Positions 19,680-28,865 of a DNA stretch of 64,000 nucleotides are shown here, piece after piece. Positions within the stretch are counted from its first letter, which is position 1. Every line of letters begins with the position of its first letter. This stretch comes from an uncultured delta proteobacterium (GTDB lineage: Bacteria > Myxococcota > Myxococcia > Myxococcales > Myxococcaceae): NCBI GenBank assembly GCA_963776345.1, contig CAVZMH010000016.1:256001-320000 (forward strand), read 5' to 3'. The notes below the pieces were generated by a model. It was not told where the DNA came from. It made no database searches and saw nothing but the letters and a program-made list of their open reading frames with translations. The position numbers and the translations under genes are program-made.

Positions 19680-22600
19680 ATGGGCGCTTCCGCGCTACTC
19701 GCTCTCATCATCGCGGCAGGCGACTCACCTGCGGCGGCCGGGGAGAGCGCTCCGTTCTCCCTGACTCTCCAGGGCGCGGCCAGCCTCGGCACGTACGAGG
19801 CGGCGGTGAACTGGACGCTCATCCGGCTCATTCGCTTCAACCGCCTCGAGGAGGACGGGCAGCGCGGTCGCCGCCCCCATCTCGAAGCGCTCTCCGGGTC
19901 CTCGGCAGGGAGCGTCAACGCCCTCCTCGCCGCGGCGCTGTGGTGCGAGGCCGACGACGAGGTGGAGAACCTCTCCGTGGACCGGAATCTCCTCCGCGAT
20001 GTCTGGCTGCCGATCGGCCTGGACCAGCTCCTTCCTGGCGACCCGGCCCTGTACACTCCCTCGGACGGCCTGTTCGCCTCGTCCGCCTTCACCCCGGTCG
20101 TGGACAGCGTGCAGAGCCGCGTCTTCTCCGGAAAGGGGCTTCGCTTCAAGCCTGGATGCCGCGTGCCGGTGGGATTCACCATGACCCGCGTCGTGCCCCA
20201 GCTCCGCACCATCTCCGGCCTGCGGGTGAAGTCACAGCAGACGGTGGTGCCACTGGTCTTCGAGGTGGATCCAACCGGGGTTCCCAGGCTCCGCCGCGAC
20301 ACCGGGCTGCGGTCCACCGGGCTGGCAGCAGACACGGCCACTCTGGCCGATGCCGCGGATGCCTCGGGTCCATACATTTCCCCCGGCCAGGCGATCCAGG
20401 CGTTGCTGGCCTCGGCGGCGTTCCCGGTCGCCTTCGGAGCACGACCGGTGTGCGAGTGCCGCCGGGCGTGCGGGGATGGGCAGCGCGAGGTCACCCCCGA
20501 TCAGTGCCCGGGGCCCCTGCCCGGGAAGCCGCTCGGCGGTCTGACCTGCTCCGCCTACAGCGCCGCCCGGGGTGGCCAGGAGTTCAAGCTCTGCCGGAGC
20601 AACTTCATCGACGGCGGATTCCTGGACAACGCGCCGGTGGGGCTGGCCATCGAGCAGGCAGAGGCCTTCTCTTCACCCCGGACACTTCGCCCCCTCACGG
20701 TGTTGCTCATCGATCCCAGCATCCGACGGCCGCGGGAGGAACCTCCGCCTGCGCCGGAAAGAGCCGTCCAGGGATTCAGCGACGCGGTGCAGATGGGCAG
20801 CGACCTGGTGAACACCGCGCGCGAGCAGCGGCTCGCCGAGGCCATCGTCTCCCGGCACTGGAATCTCACCACCCGGGCACTCCTCTTTAGAGCGGCATCG
20901 GCGCTCGCCGCCTATGCATCCATCATCTCCCAGCTGGAAGGCGGGCAGGCTTCGATCGGTGCCGAACCGGCGGCCCTGGCATGGAGGCCGGCAGGCCAGG
21001 AGCGCGGACCGCTCGGCCGCTTCATCGCCCGCTGTCTGCGGCGCCGTCCACTCGGTGGCGCCGAGCTGGAGGCCTGCGCGGCAACCGTCCGGGGCAAGGG
21101 CGGGAACATCCTGGCAGGGCTCGACGCCGGAGCCCGTGCCCAGGGCGCCACGCCCCTGTCCCCCGACGAGGTGGTTCGCTTCGCCGAAGATCTGGTCTCC
21201 TTCATCGAGGGCCTGGGTTCGACGGAAAGAGGGACCGGTCTTCCCCTCCGGTCCACGGTGGCAGCTGGGGCGCTCGACTTCCTCGCCGACGAGCTGGTTC
21301 CCTATGGCCTTCACGAAGGTGCGCAGAGTCCGCTCCTCCGGATGCGCGCTGCCTGTCTGCGCTCCGCGTCCGCGGTGCAAGGGCTCGCCGCTCACGCCAT
21401 CGAGGCCTCCCGCCCCGTCCTTGCCGATGCGCTCCACGAGCTGATCGCGCCAGGAGCCCCTTCCGGCATTGCCGAGCCCGCGGCACAGGCGCTGGACATG
21501 CTCGCGACCCGTTCGAGCACCCAGCTCTTTTCCGGCGGGCTGCTCTCCTTCCTCCGGACGGCTCTCGCCGGGGTCCCCGAAACGAGCCTTCCGGAGCCGA
21601 CGCGGGCTGCCGCGCGCCGCGTCGCGCTGGTCGGCGAGCTGCGGCCACGTCTCGCCGGCCTGAGCGATGCCGCGCTGCAGCTCTCCCAGGATGCGAGCGA
21701 GATCCAGTCCGACGTGCGCGGCCAGAGGCGCCTGCTGCTCGCCACGCGGTTCACCCCCTTGGCCGGGGAAATGCTGGAGCACTTCGCTGGCTTCATGGAC
21801 CGTCCGCTGCGCGAGCTCGACTACTACACCGGCATCTACGAAGGGTTGCACGGGATGGCCATTCTGATCTGCGCCCAGCAGGATCCGTATCTCGCGTCCC
21901 GTCCATTGCCCGTATTGAAGGCGGACGGAAGCGGGGAGCCCGACCCCTCCAGCGAGCAGACCCAGCGTTGCCTCGGCGCGGCGATGGGAAAGGCCATCGA
22001 GTACCTCCAGATCCTCGCCTCCCCCAAGGCAGGACCGGTGGTGCGAGCGCTCGCCCGCCGAGAGCTGGCGGCGTACCTGGGAAGCTCGGCCGAGGCGGAG
22101 CGCATGGCAACGACCCCGGAGTGGAGCTGGCTCGGTGCGCCACCTGACCTCCGCGCCCACGGAGCGATGGGCATTGCCCTGGCCGTGCTCCTCGAGCCGG
22201 CGGTGCCGTGCACCGTGTCTGTCCAGGAAGCTCTCTGCCCGAAGTACCTGACGTTCGAGGAATTCCTCGAGCGGCTGCGGGTCGCCGGCTACCGGCCCGA
22301 ATCCAAGGCGATGGAGGCCGCGCTGGCCGGCCAGGGGCGCTGGCTGTCGCAGACCGTGCGGCGTGCGCTCGACCGGGCCGCGACGGTCGAGATCGCCCAG
22401 GCTGCGTCGGAGTCGGCCTCCACCGAGTCGGCCTCCACCCGCAAGCTGATGAACGCGGTCCTCGGCGGCGGCGAGACGGCGAGCCGCGCTGCGGAGCGGG
22501 CGGGGGACGTCTCCTTTCAGCTCGATCCCTCGACCATCCCCCTCCACCCGCTGGCCGACGGGTCGTACGCTCCCATCGTCCTCGCCCACCTCGTGCCCTA

Positions 22601-23000
22601 CCGGGTGGCGCTGGACGTGGTGGGTGGAAGCATTGCCCTGAGCTGGCTCGAGCCACGGCTCCAGCTCGGTCGATGGTTCTCGGTGGAGTCGACCCTGCAG
22701 GTCATCGACATCCAGTTCAGCTCGGGTGTCGTGTCCAGCACGCTCGGAGCACGGGGCGTGCTGCATCTCGGTCCGGTGGGAATCGGCTCAGGGCCTCGGT
22801 GGTCGCTGGCCTGGGGCGGTGGGTCCCAGTTCGGCGTGGAGTTCGACCTGACGCTGCTACAAGACAGGGTCGGCGTGTCGTTCGGATTCCGGGACCTGAG
22901 CGGGGGGAACTGGAACACTCCCTTCGTCGCGCTGACCATCGCCGACCTGAACGGCATGCTGTACTGGCTCGTTCCCCCGGCTTGGCGCTCGGGACGGTGA
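19680..23000 (+). CDS. Exported patatin-like phospholipase, 1106 aa
   Basis: QGAASLGTYEA oxyanion loop, GSSAG nucleophile elbow, FIDGG catalytic Asp; signal-like N-terminus; beta-strand-rich C-terminus. Confidence 0.82.
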   Translation: MGASALLALIIAAGDSPAAAGESAPFSLTLQGAASLGTYEAAVNWTLIRLIRFNRLEEDGQRGRRPHLEALSGSSAGSVNALLAAALWCEADDEVENLSVDRNLLRDVWLPIGLDQLLPGDPALYTPSDGLFASSAFTPVVDSVQSRVFSGKGLRFKPGCRVPVGFTMTRVVPQLRTISGLRVKSQQTVVPLVFEVDPTGVPRLRRDTGLRSTGLAADTATLADAADASGPYISPGQAIQALLASAAFPVAFGARPVCECRRACGDGQREVTPDQCPGPLPGKPLGGLTCSAYSAARGGQEFKLCRSNFIDGGFLDNAPVGLAIEQAEAFSSPRTLRPLTVLLIDPSIRRPREEPPPAPERAVQGFSDAVQMGSDLVNTAREQRLAEAIVSRHWNLTTRALLFRAASALAAYASIISQLEGGQASIGAEPAALAWRPAGQERGPLGRFIARCLRRRPLGGAELEACAATVRGKGGNILAGLDAGARAQGATPLSPDEVVRFAEDLVSFIEGLGSTERGTGLPLRSTVAAGALDFLADELVPYGLHEGAQSPLLRMRAACLRSASAVQGLAAHAIEASRPVLADALHELIAPGAPSGIAEPAAQALDMLATRSSTQLFSGGLLSFLRTALAGVPETSLPEPTRAAARRVALVGELRPRLAGLSDAALQLSQDASEIQSDVRGQRRLLLATRFTPLAGEMLEHFAGFMDRPLRELDYYTGIYEGLHGMAILICAQQDPYLASRPLPVLKADGSGEPDPSSEQTQRCLGAAMGKAIEYLQILASPKAGPVVRALARRELAAYLGSSAEAERMATTPEWSWLGAPPDLRAHGAMGIALAVLLEPAVPCTVSVQEALCPKYLTFEEFLERLRVAGYRPESKAMEAALAGQGRWLSQTVRRALDRAATVEIAQAASESASTESASTRKLMNAVLGGGETASRAAERAGDVSFQLDPSTIPLHPLADGSYAPIVLAHLVPYRVALDVVGGSIALSWLEPRLQLGRWFSVESTLQVIDIQFSSGVVSSTLGARGVLHLGPVGIGSGPRWSLAWGGGSQFGVEFDLTLLQDRVGVSFGFRDLSGGNWNTPFVALTIADLNGMLYWLVPPAWRSGR

Positions 23001-23125
23001 GGTCCCAGCTTCCCGGACGGCGGCTACAGGCCGACTGGATCCGCTGCCTCGGCCATCCTCCGCTGCGCGTGGCCGGGCCAGATTCGCTGCGACACGTGCA
23101 ACGGCCGGGCGTATGGTCCCCCGCC

Positions 23126-23659
23126 ATGCGCCCATCAAAACTGCTCGTCACGGTGGCCCTCGTCGTCGGTTCCGTCGCGCTGGCCGATGACAGCGAGCTG
23201 ATCTCCGATGCGCGGGCCACCATCGCGACGTTCAAGAAGACCGACCCCAAGATCGAGAAGTTCTTCAGCTCGGCCGCGGGCTACGCGGTGTTCCCCACCA
23301 TTGCCAAGGCAGCGATAGGGGTGGGCGGCGCGGGTGGCAGCGGCGTGCTCTTCGTGGGTGGCCAGCCGGTGGGGAAGTCGTCCATGGGCCAGGCCAGCAT
23401 CGGGCTCCAGCTCGGCGGCCAGACCTACTCGGAGGTCGTCTTCTTCGAGACCCCGTCTTCGCTGAGCGACTTCAAGAAGGGGAACTTCGCCCTGGCGGCG
23501 CAGGCCTCGGCGGTGGCCCTCTCGGCCGGAGCGTCGGCCAACGCCAAGTACGAGAAGGGCGTGGCGATCTTCACCGCCACCAAGGGTGGGCTCATGTACG
23601 AGGCGAGCGTGGGCGGGCAGAAGTTCGGGTACGAGCCGTTCGGAGCGGCGAAGAAGTGA
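23126..23659 (+). CDS. YSC84/SYLF lipid-binding domain protein
   Basis: Signal peptide; GYAVFP.I.K..IGVGG.GG.G, QASIGLQLGGQ.YSE, KGGLMYEASVGGQKF. Confidence 0.88.
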   Translation: MRPSKLLVTVALVVGSVALADDSELISDARATIATFKKTDPKIEKFFSSAAGYAVFPTIAKAAIGVGGAGGSGVLFVGGQPVGKSSMGQASIGLQLGGQTYSEVVFFETPSSLSDFKKGNFALAAQASAVALSAGASANAKYEKGVAIFTATKGGLMYEASVGGQKFGYEPFGAAKK

Positions 23660-23955
23660 TCTCTCGCAGTCCCCTCCACGGGTCGGGCCACACCACGCGC
23701 TGAGCCGTACGGCGGAGAGGCCCTCGCGGCGGCCGCCCCGACGCTCGGCGCGATCGCGCGGATCTACTTCGGGCAGGGAGTGACGGGGTGCACCGTAATC
23801 CGCCGGTTCTTCCTGCGGCGTCCTCCAGCGCCTTGGCTCCCACCGAAGGCGGAGCCCGCGGCCGGATAGAACAGACCAGGGGATCCCGCGCGGTTGGCCT
23901 AGGAGGCGAGCGGAAGCCGTGAACGATCGCCCATCGTCCCGCGATCACCGCCGCT

Positions 23956-23988
23956 GGACCTGGGCCCGCGGGCGGGCGGCCCAGGTCC
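23956..23988. terminator. GC-rich hairpin between convergent genes
   Basis: 11-bp perfect inverted repeat GGACCTGGGCC / GGCCCAGGTCC; no clear U-tract. Confidence 0.4.
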
Positions 23989-24055
23989 CCACATCCGGGT
24001 CGCCGTTCGAGCGCGGCCCGGCGGCGGTGCCGTGTGTCTGCCCTGCTGCCTCCGG

Positions 24056-24382
24056 CTACTTCGCGGGGGTCGTGGCCGGCGGAGGCGTCGTGGCGGGAGC
24101 AGTTGCCGGCGCAGCGGCTGGAGCCGCAGCGGGGGGTGGCGCTGCGAGGCCTTGCTTGTAGGTCTGCTCGCTCACCTCCGATATTTCCGAATTCTGGATG
24201 GTGACGGTGCTCGAGGTCTGAGCGTCGGTCAGCGTGACCGCGCCGCCCTCCTTCTTGATGCTCTCCGAGTAATAGACCTTCCCCGTGCTTGGGTCTTTCA
24301 CCATGTAGTACTTGGCGCTGCCGCAAGCGACGCCTGCTCCGAGGATCACGACGAACCAGCCACCTCTGAGAATCCGCTTCAT
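24056..24382 (-). CDS. Small hypothetical lipoprotein with Pro/Ala/Thr tail
   Basis: MKRILRGGWFVVILGAGVAC lipobox; YYMVKDPSTGKVYY...; GGAGG RBS. Confidence 0.75.
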   Translation of the reverse strand: MKRILRGGWFVVILGAGVACGSAKYYMVKDPSTGKVYYSESIKKEGGAVTLTDAQTSSTVTIQNSEISEVSEQTYKQGLAAPPPAAAPAAAPATAPATTPPPATTPAK

Positions 24383-24846
24383 TGGCTTCCCTCCATCCAC
24401 GGCCAAGGGGACGACTCTTCTGCGACCTGCGCGGGCTTAGTTCGAAATCCACGGAAGAACAAACCGGATTCTCGGGGCCAGGGCGTGGGGCCAGAGGGGG
24501 GCAGGACGGGGGTGCCCGAAGGGGCTCGGCGTGGGTGCTCAGCGCTGCCGAGGGCAGAGCAGTCCCAGGCCCGTCGTCAGGCCGGGGCGAGCCTCGAACC
24601 TCGGACGGCACTCACCAGAGGCTGCGTTGGGGCGGGGAGGTTGCCGGGGCGAGGGGGAGAGGCCTGGAAGAAAGCCGCAGGCGCTCCAGGATGACCTAGG
24701 CGGCGGCGGCGCGGAGGACGCAGGCCACGACGCGCGTGTGGCCGGCGCAGCGGGGGAGGCCAATCGGGGCGGAGCTACCGGTTGGAACTCGAAAGGGCGA
24801 CGGCCGCCCGGTTGTCCAAGGCGGCCGTAGGTCTGCTGTGAGTCGA

Positions 24847-24893
<47 letters not shown>

Positions 24894-25140
24894 GGATCGC
24901 CGACCGGGCAGGCGGGCGTCATGATTGGGTTTCTCTGGAATTGCGTCGAGTTGCGTGTGGACTGAGTCCACGTCAGGGGCCACCGGTCCATCCGAATCCC
25001 CTCGAGTCTGGACACGTCTAGGACGCGGCTAGGCCCACCGGACGACGGTTCCGCGCTGGCGCGGAACCAGGGTGGAACTAGAGATCGTCAGCCGCGTCGA
25101 GATGGAGATGCTCAGACTGCGGCAGCGAACGTCAGTGGCC

Positions 25141-27549
25141 TCACTGGCCGGCAGTGGCCCCCTTCCCTTCCTCCTCCCGGAGCCGCTGGAGTTCCTCCGG
25201 GGAGAGCTTCTCTGGCTCGAGCACCACCACCACCTTCTTCAGCGTGCCGTTGAAGGCGTAAGGCATCTTCGCAGCGTACTCCTCGACGACCGGCGTTCCG
25301 ATGTCTTCCCCGACGTCGAACGTCTCATCGAGTGAGAATCGGCTTCGGACAGTCGCCGGGATGTGCCCCGCGGCCACCTGACTGCCGTCGACGAAGAGCG
25401 TGGCCTCGCCTCCCTTGCCCGCGCCGCCGCCGTTGTACTTGAAGCTGACGCGAACGACGTGGTTCCCGGGGGATAGGGCAACCTCCGAGGCCACCTTGGT
25501 CTTGTGGCGCGGCTGGTTCGAGAGCGCGTACGCGAATCGCGGCTTGCCGTCGTCGAGCCACAGCGCCCAACCCCCGAAGCGCCCGCCGATCGTCGCCAGC
25601 ACCCCCGAGGCTCCGCTCGACGGGACGGCAATCTCGGCACCCACGGCAAATGACTTGTTCTTGAAGTTCGGCGCGGACCCCTCGGGGATGCGGATGGCCC
25701 CCGGGTAGTACGTGAACTCGCTTCGCCCGCGGGTCAGGCTGGGCCGGATGGCCGGATCGACGCGCGAAGCGAAGCTCGCGTCGAGCGGATAGACGTTGTA
25801 CTTCCTGGCCTCGGCATCGAAGGCCGCCTGTAGCTCCTTGAGCTTGGCGGGATTCTTCTCGGCCAGGTTCGTAGCCTGACTGAAGTCGCTGCGGACGTCG
25901 TACAGCTCCCACTTGAAGTCGTCGGGACTCGGCTCCTGGCCGATCGTCACCCAGGGCAAACGGAGCGGCGTCGTGCTGGCCATCCAGCCGTCCTTGTAGA
26001 TGCCGCGATTGCCCACCAGCTCGAAGTACTGCGTCGTGTGGCGGGTTGGCGCCCTGGGGTCGTTGAAGGTGTAGACCAGGCTGGTGCCGTCGAGGCGCTT
26101 CTGCTTCACGCCGTCGATCGTGGACGGAGGCTGGATCCGTGCCGCCTCGTAGATGGTGGGCACGATGTCGATGACGCTGCTGAACTGGGTGCGGAGCCCG
26201 CCCTTGTCCTTGATCCGGCCAGGCCAGGCGATGAGCATCCCGTTCCGGGTGCCGCCGAAGTGCGAGGCCACCTGCTTGGCCCACTGCAAGGGGGAGTCCA
26301 TGGCATGGGCCCACCCCACCGGATAATGGTTGTAGGTCAGCGGCCCTCCCAGCGAGTCGTACATCGATAACAAGTAAGGGAGCGGCTCCTCGACACCGTT
26401 GGCCGCCGTGGCGACCTCGTTGGTCGTCCCCTGGAGCGTGCCCTCGGCGCTGGCCCCGTTGTCCCCCATGATGAAGATCACCAGCGTGTTGTCCGCCTGC
26501 CCTCCCTCTCGCACCGCATCAAGAAGGCGGCCTATCTGAAAGTCGGCGTGCGAGAGGGCGCCCGCATAGACCTCCATCATGTGGGCATAGAGGCGCTTCT
26601 GGTCCGCGGAAAGGGTGTCCCAGGCGGGAATCTGTTCGGGCCGCTTGCTGAGCTGCGTCCCGGCAGGGACAACCCCCAGCGTGAGCTGTCGAGCCAGCGT
26701 CTCCTCGCGGACGCGGTCCCAGCCCTGGTCGAACTTGCCCTTGTACCGGTCGATCCACTCCTTGGGAGCGTGGTGCGGCGCATGCGCCGTCCCGGTGGCG
26801 TAGTAGAGGAACCAGGGCTTGTGGGGCGCGAGCGAGTGCTGCATCTCGAGCCAGGCGATGGCCCGGTCCGCCAGGTCGCGGTCGAGGATGTAGTCCGGCT
26901 TGCCGAGGTAGGGTTCGATGGGGACATTGTTCTCGAACAGCGCTGGGTGCCACTGGTCGCTGTCGCCGCCGACGAAGCCGTAGAAGTACTCGAACCCGAG
27001 ACCGGTGGGCCAGAGGTCGAACGGGCCCGCCCGACTGGACATCCAGTCAGGGACGTTGTGCATCTTTCCGAACCACGAGGTGTTGTAACCGTGGCCCCTC
27101 AGCACCTGCGCGACCGTGCCGCAGTTCCTGGGTACCAGCGAGTTGTAGCCCGGGTACCCGGTGGCCATCTCGGTGATCACCCCGCTGGCGCAACTGTGGT
27201 GGTTGCGTCCCGAGATGAGCGCCGCGCGGGTCGGCGAGCACAGGGCGGTGGTGTGGAAGGTGTTGTAGCGAAGCCCGGCATCCGCCACGCGCTGGAAGGT
27301 CGGGGTCTGGATCGGGCCACCGAAGGTCGAGCTCGCCCCGAAGCCGACGTCGTCGGTGAGGATGAGCAGGACGTTCGGGGCGCCCGCCGGGGCCTCCACG
27401 CCCTTCGGAAAATCGGGCTTCGAGTCCTTGACCGTCCGGCCGATCTTTCCCCGGAAGGGCTGGTCGGCCGGGGGCAGCGGTTGTGCCACTGCCGCCATTG
27501 TGGACAAACACACCGAGACGACGACAACGAAGCGTCCGCCAGCTCTCAC
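25141..27549 (-). CDS. Arylsulfatase (Cys-type) with C-terminal LamG-like domain
   Basis: PNVLLILTDDVG; ALCSPTRAALISGRNHH (CxPxR); FGKMHN; GDNGAS; signal peptide; GTG start with GAGGAGG. Confidence 0.93.
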   Translation of the reverse strand: MRAGGRFVVVVSVCLSTMAAVAQPLPPADQPFRGKIGRTVKDSKPDFPKGVEAPAGAPNVLLILTDDVGFGASSTFGGPIQTPTFQRVADAGLRYNTFHTTALCSPTRAALISGRNHHSCASGVITEMATGYPGYNSLVPRNCGTVAQVLRGHGYNTSWFGKMHNVPDWMSSRAGPFDLWPTGLGFEYFYGFVGGDSDQWHPALFENNVPIEPYLGKPDYILDRDLADRAIAWLEMQHSLAPHKPWFLYYATGTAHAPHHAPKEWIDRYKGKFDQGWDRVREETLARQLTLGVVPAGTQLSKRPEQIPAWDTLSADQKRLYAHMMEVYAGALSHADFQIGRLLDAVREGGQADNTLVIFIMGDNGASAEGTLQGTTNEVATAANGVEEPLPYLLSMYDSLGGPLTYNHYPVGWAHAMDSPLQWAKQVASHFGGTRNGMLIAWPGRIKDKGGLRTQFSSVIDIVPTIYEAARIQPPSTIDGVKQKRLDGTSLVYTFNDPRAPTRHTTQYFELVGNRGIYKDGWMASTTPLRLPWVTIGQEPSPDDFKWELYDVRSDFSQATNLAEKNPAKLKELQAAFDAEARKYNVYPLDASFASRVDPAIRPSLTRGRSEFTYYPGAIRIPEGSAPNFKNKSFAVGAEIAVPSSGASGVLATIGGRFGGWALWLDDGKPRFAYALSNQPRHKTKVASEVALSPGNHVVRVSFKYNGGGAGKGGEATLFVDGSQVAAGHIPATVRSRFSLDETFDVGEDIGTPVVEEYAAKMPYAFNGTLKKVVVVLEPEKLSPEELQRLREEEGKGATAGQ

Positions 27550-27778
27550 GGTGCCCTCCTCCGGGGCGCCCCCGTTTGAGTCCAGGCCCCCGGCGGGGCT
27601 AGCACCAAACGAGCCGCCTTCACACCGGCGGGTGAGTATCCCGGCCGATGGGTCCATCATGAGCAGCGCGGGCGCAGTGCCTGATTCCTAGGCCGTTCGG
27701 TGAGGCGAGGGGGACGCGGGCGCCCACCGGATCCACGGAAGCTCCGTGACCGCCGCTGGTGCTATCGTTCTCCCCTTC

Positions 27779-28252
27779 ATGCGTTCCCCGGACGCGGATC
27801 CTAGCGACGGCGAGCGCCACGGCGGGCAGCGGGCCGGACTTGCCGCCCAGGTGGCAGATGCCCTGGTGACGCGTCTGGTCGACACGCGGCTCGCCGGGGC
27901 GCTTATCGAGCGCGTCCTGGAGGCGCTCATGGAGAGCCCGGCCCTCGAGCAGCTGGTGGTCCGGCTGCTGACACAGCTCGAGGACAGCCCGGCTATCGAC
28001 GCCCTGGTGGACCAACAGGTCGGGCGAGTACTCCAGGCTCTGGAGAAGAGCGAGGCCGTCCGCCAGCTGGTGCGCGAACAGGCTGGCGCCTACCTGGAGT
28101 ACATCACCGAACATCCGGAGCCGGTCCAGCAGCTCATCCAGGACCAGAGCCGCGGGATGGCGCGCGACTTCCAGGAGCGAGTGCGTGCCGCTGCGCGAGA
28201 CGCCGATGATGCGGTCGAGTCCTGGGTGCGTCGCGTGTTGAGGAGATCATGA
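27779..28252 (+). CDS. Hypothetical helical protein coupled to the RDD gene
   Basis: GC3-rich ORF; ATGA overlap with the RDD gene. Confidence 0.65.
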   Translation: MRSPDADPSDGERHGGQRAGLAAQVADALVTRLVDTRLAGALIERVLEALMESPALEQLVVRLLTQLEDSPAIDALVDQQVGRVLQALEKSEAVRQLVREQAGAYLEYITEHPEPVQQLIQDQSRGMARDFQERVRAAARDADDAVESWVRRVLRRS

Positions 28253-28770
28253 CCCACCGATACGCCGGCCTGGCGAGTCGAGGAGCGGCGCTTGGGCTGG
28301 ACCTTGTGCTGCTGGCGGTCCTGGTGGCTGGTACCAGCTGGCTGGCGCAGCAGCTCGTGCTGCTCGACCCACAGCGTTGCCCACCGGCGCAAGCGTGGTG
28401 GCAGTTGCGCCGTCACCTCTGCCAGTTCATTCCGTACGTGGCCCCGGCGGCGGGGGTCGTGTTCTCGCCGCTGTACCGCGTGGGCTTCTGGACGCTCACC
28501 GGGCAGACGCCGGGCATGGTGCTCCTGGGCCTGCGGGTCCTCCGGGCCGACGGTGGGAGAGTGGGCCTGTTGGTTGCGCTGAAGCGGTTCATTGGACTCA
28601 TGCTGAGCGTGTCGACGCTTGGGATTGGCTTCCTGATGGTTCTGGTGACCGAGCGCCGGCGGGCCCTGCACGACCTGCTGGCTGGAACGGTGGTCGTCTA
28701 CGACTGGGGTACCCGGGTCCGCGCACCGCGCAGTCGCTCCCGACTCCTCAGCGCTGAGGCTAGATCGTGA
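28249..28770 (+). CDS. RDD family protein
   Basis: YAGLASR..A..LD; GQTPGM.LLGLRV; RRRALHDLLAGTVVVY. Confidence 0.88.
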   Translation: MTHRYAGLASRGAALGLDLVLLAVLVAGTSWLAQQLVLLDPQRCPPAQAWWQLRRHLCQFIPYVAPAAGVVFSPLYRVGFWTLTGQTPGMVLLGLRVLRADGGRVGLLVALKRFIGLMLSVSTLGIGFLMVLVTERRRALHDLLAGTVVVYDWGTRVRAPRSRSRLLSAEARS

Positions 28771-28865
28771 CAGGCCCCGGAGCGCGACCTCCAGGCCCTG
28801 AACTGAAAGGCGAAGGGCCGGAAGCCGCGCGGCGGACACCCGAGCGGCTCCGGCCCCATCACCCG

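Noticed and set aside
17600..20494. 964-aa minus-strand ORF (and similar long ORFs such as 1269-3065, 12778-14511, 20673-22766, 26548-27579)
   Set aside because: Antisense shadows of well-supported genes in high-GC DNA; no motifs of their own
22410..22439. 15-bp tandem repeat encoding ESAST-ESAST in the patatin gene
   Set aside because: In-frame two-copy duplication in a likely linker; no sign of significance
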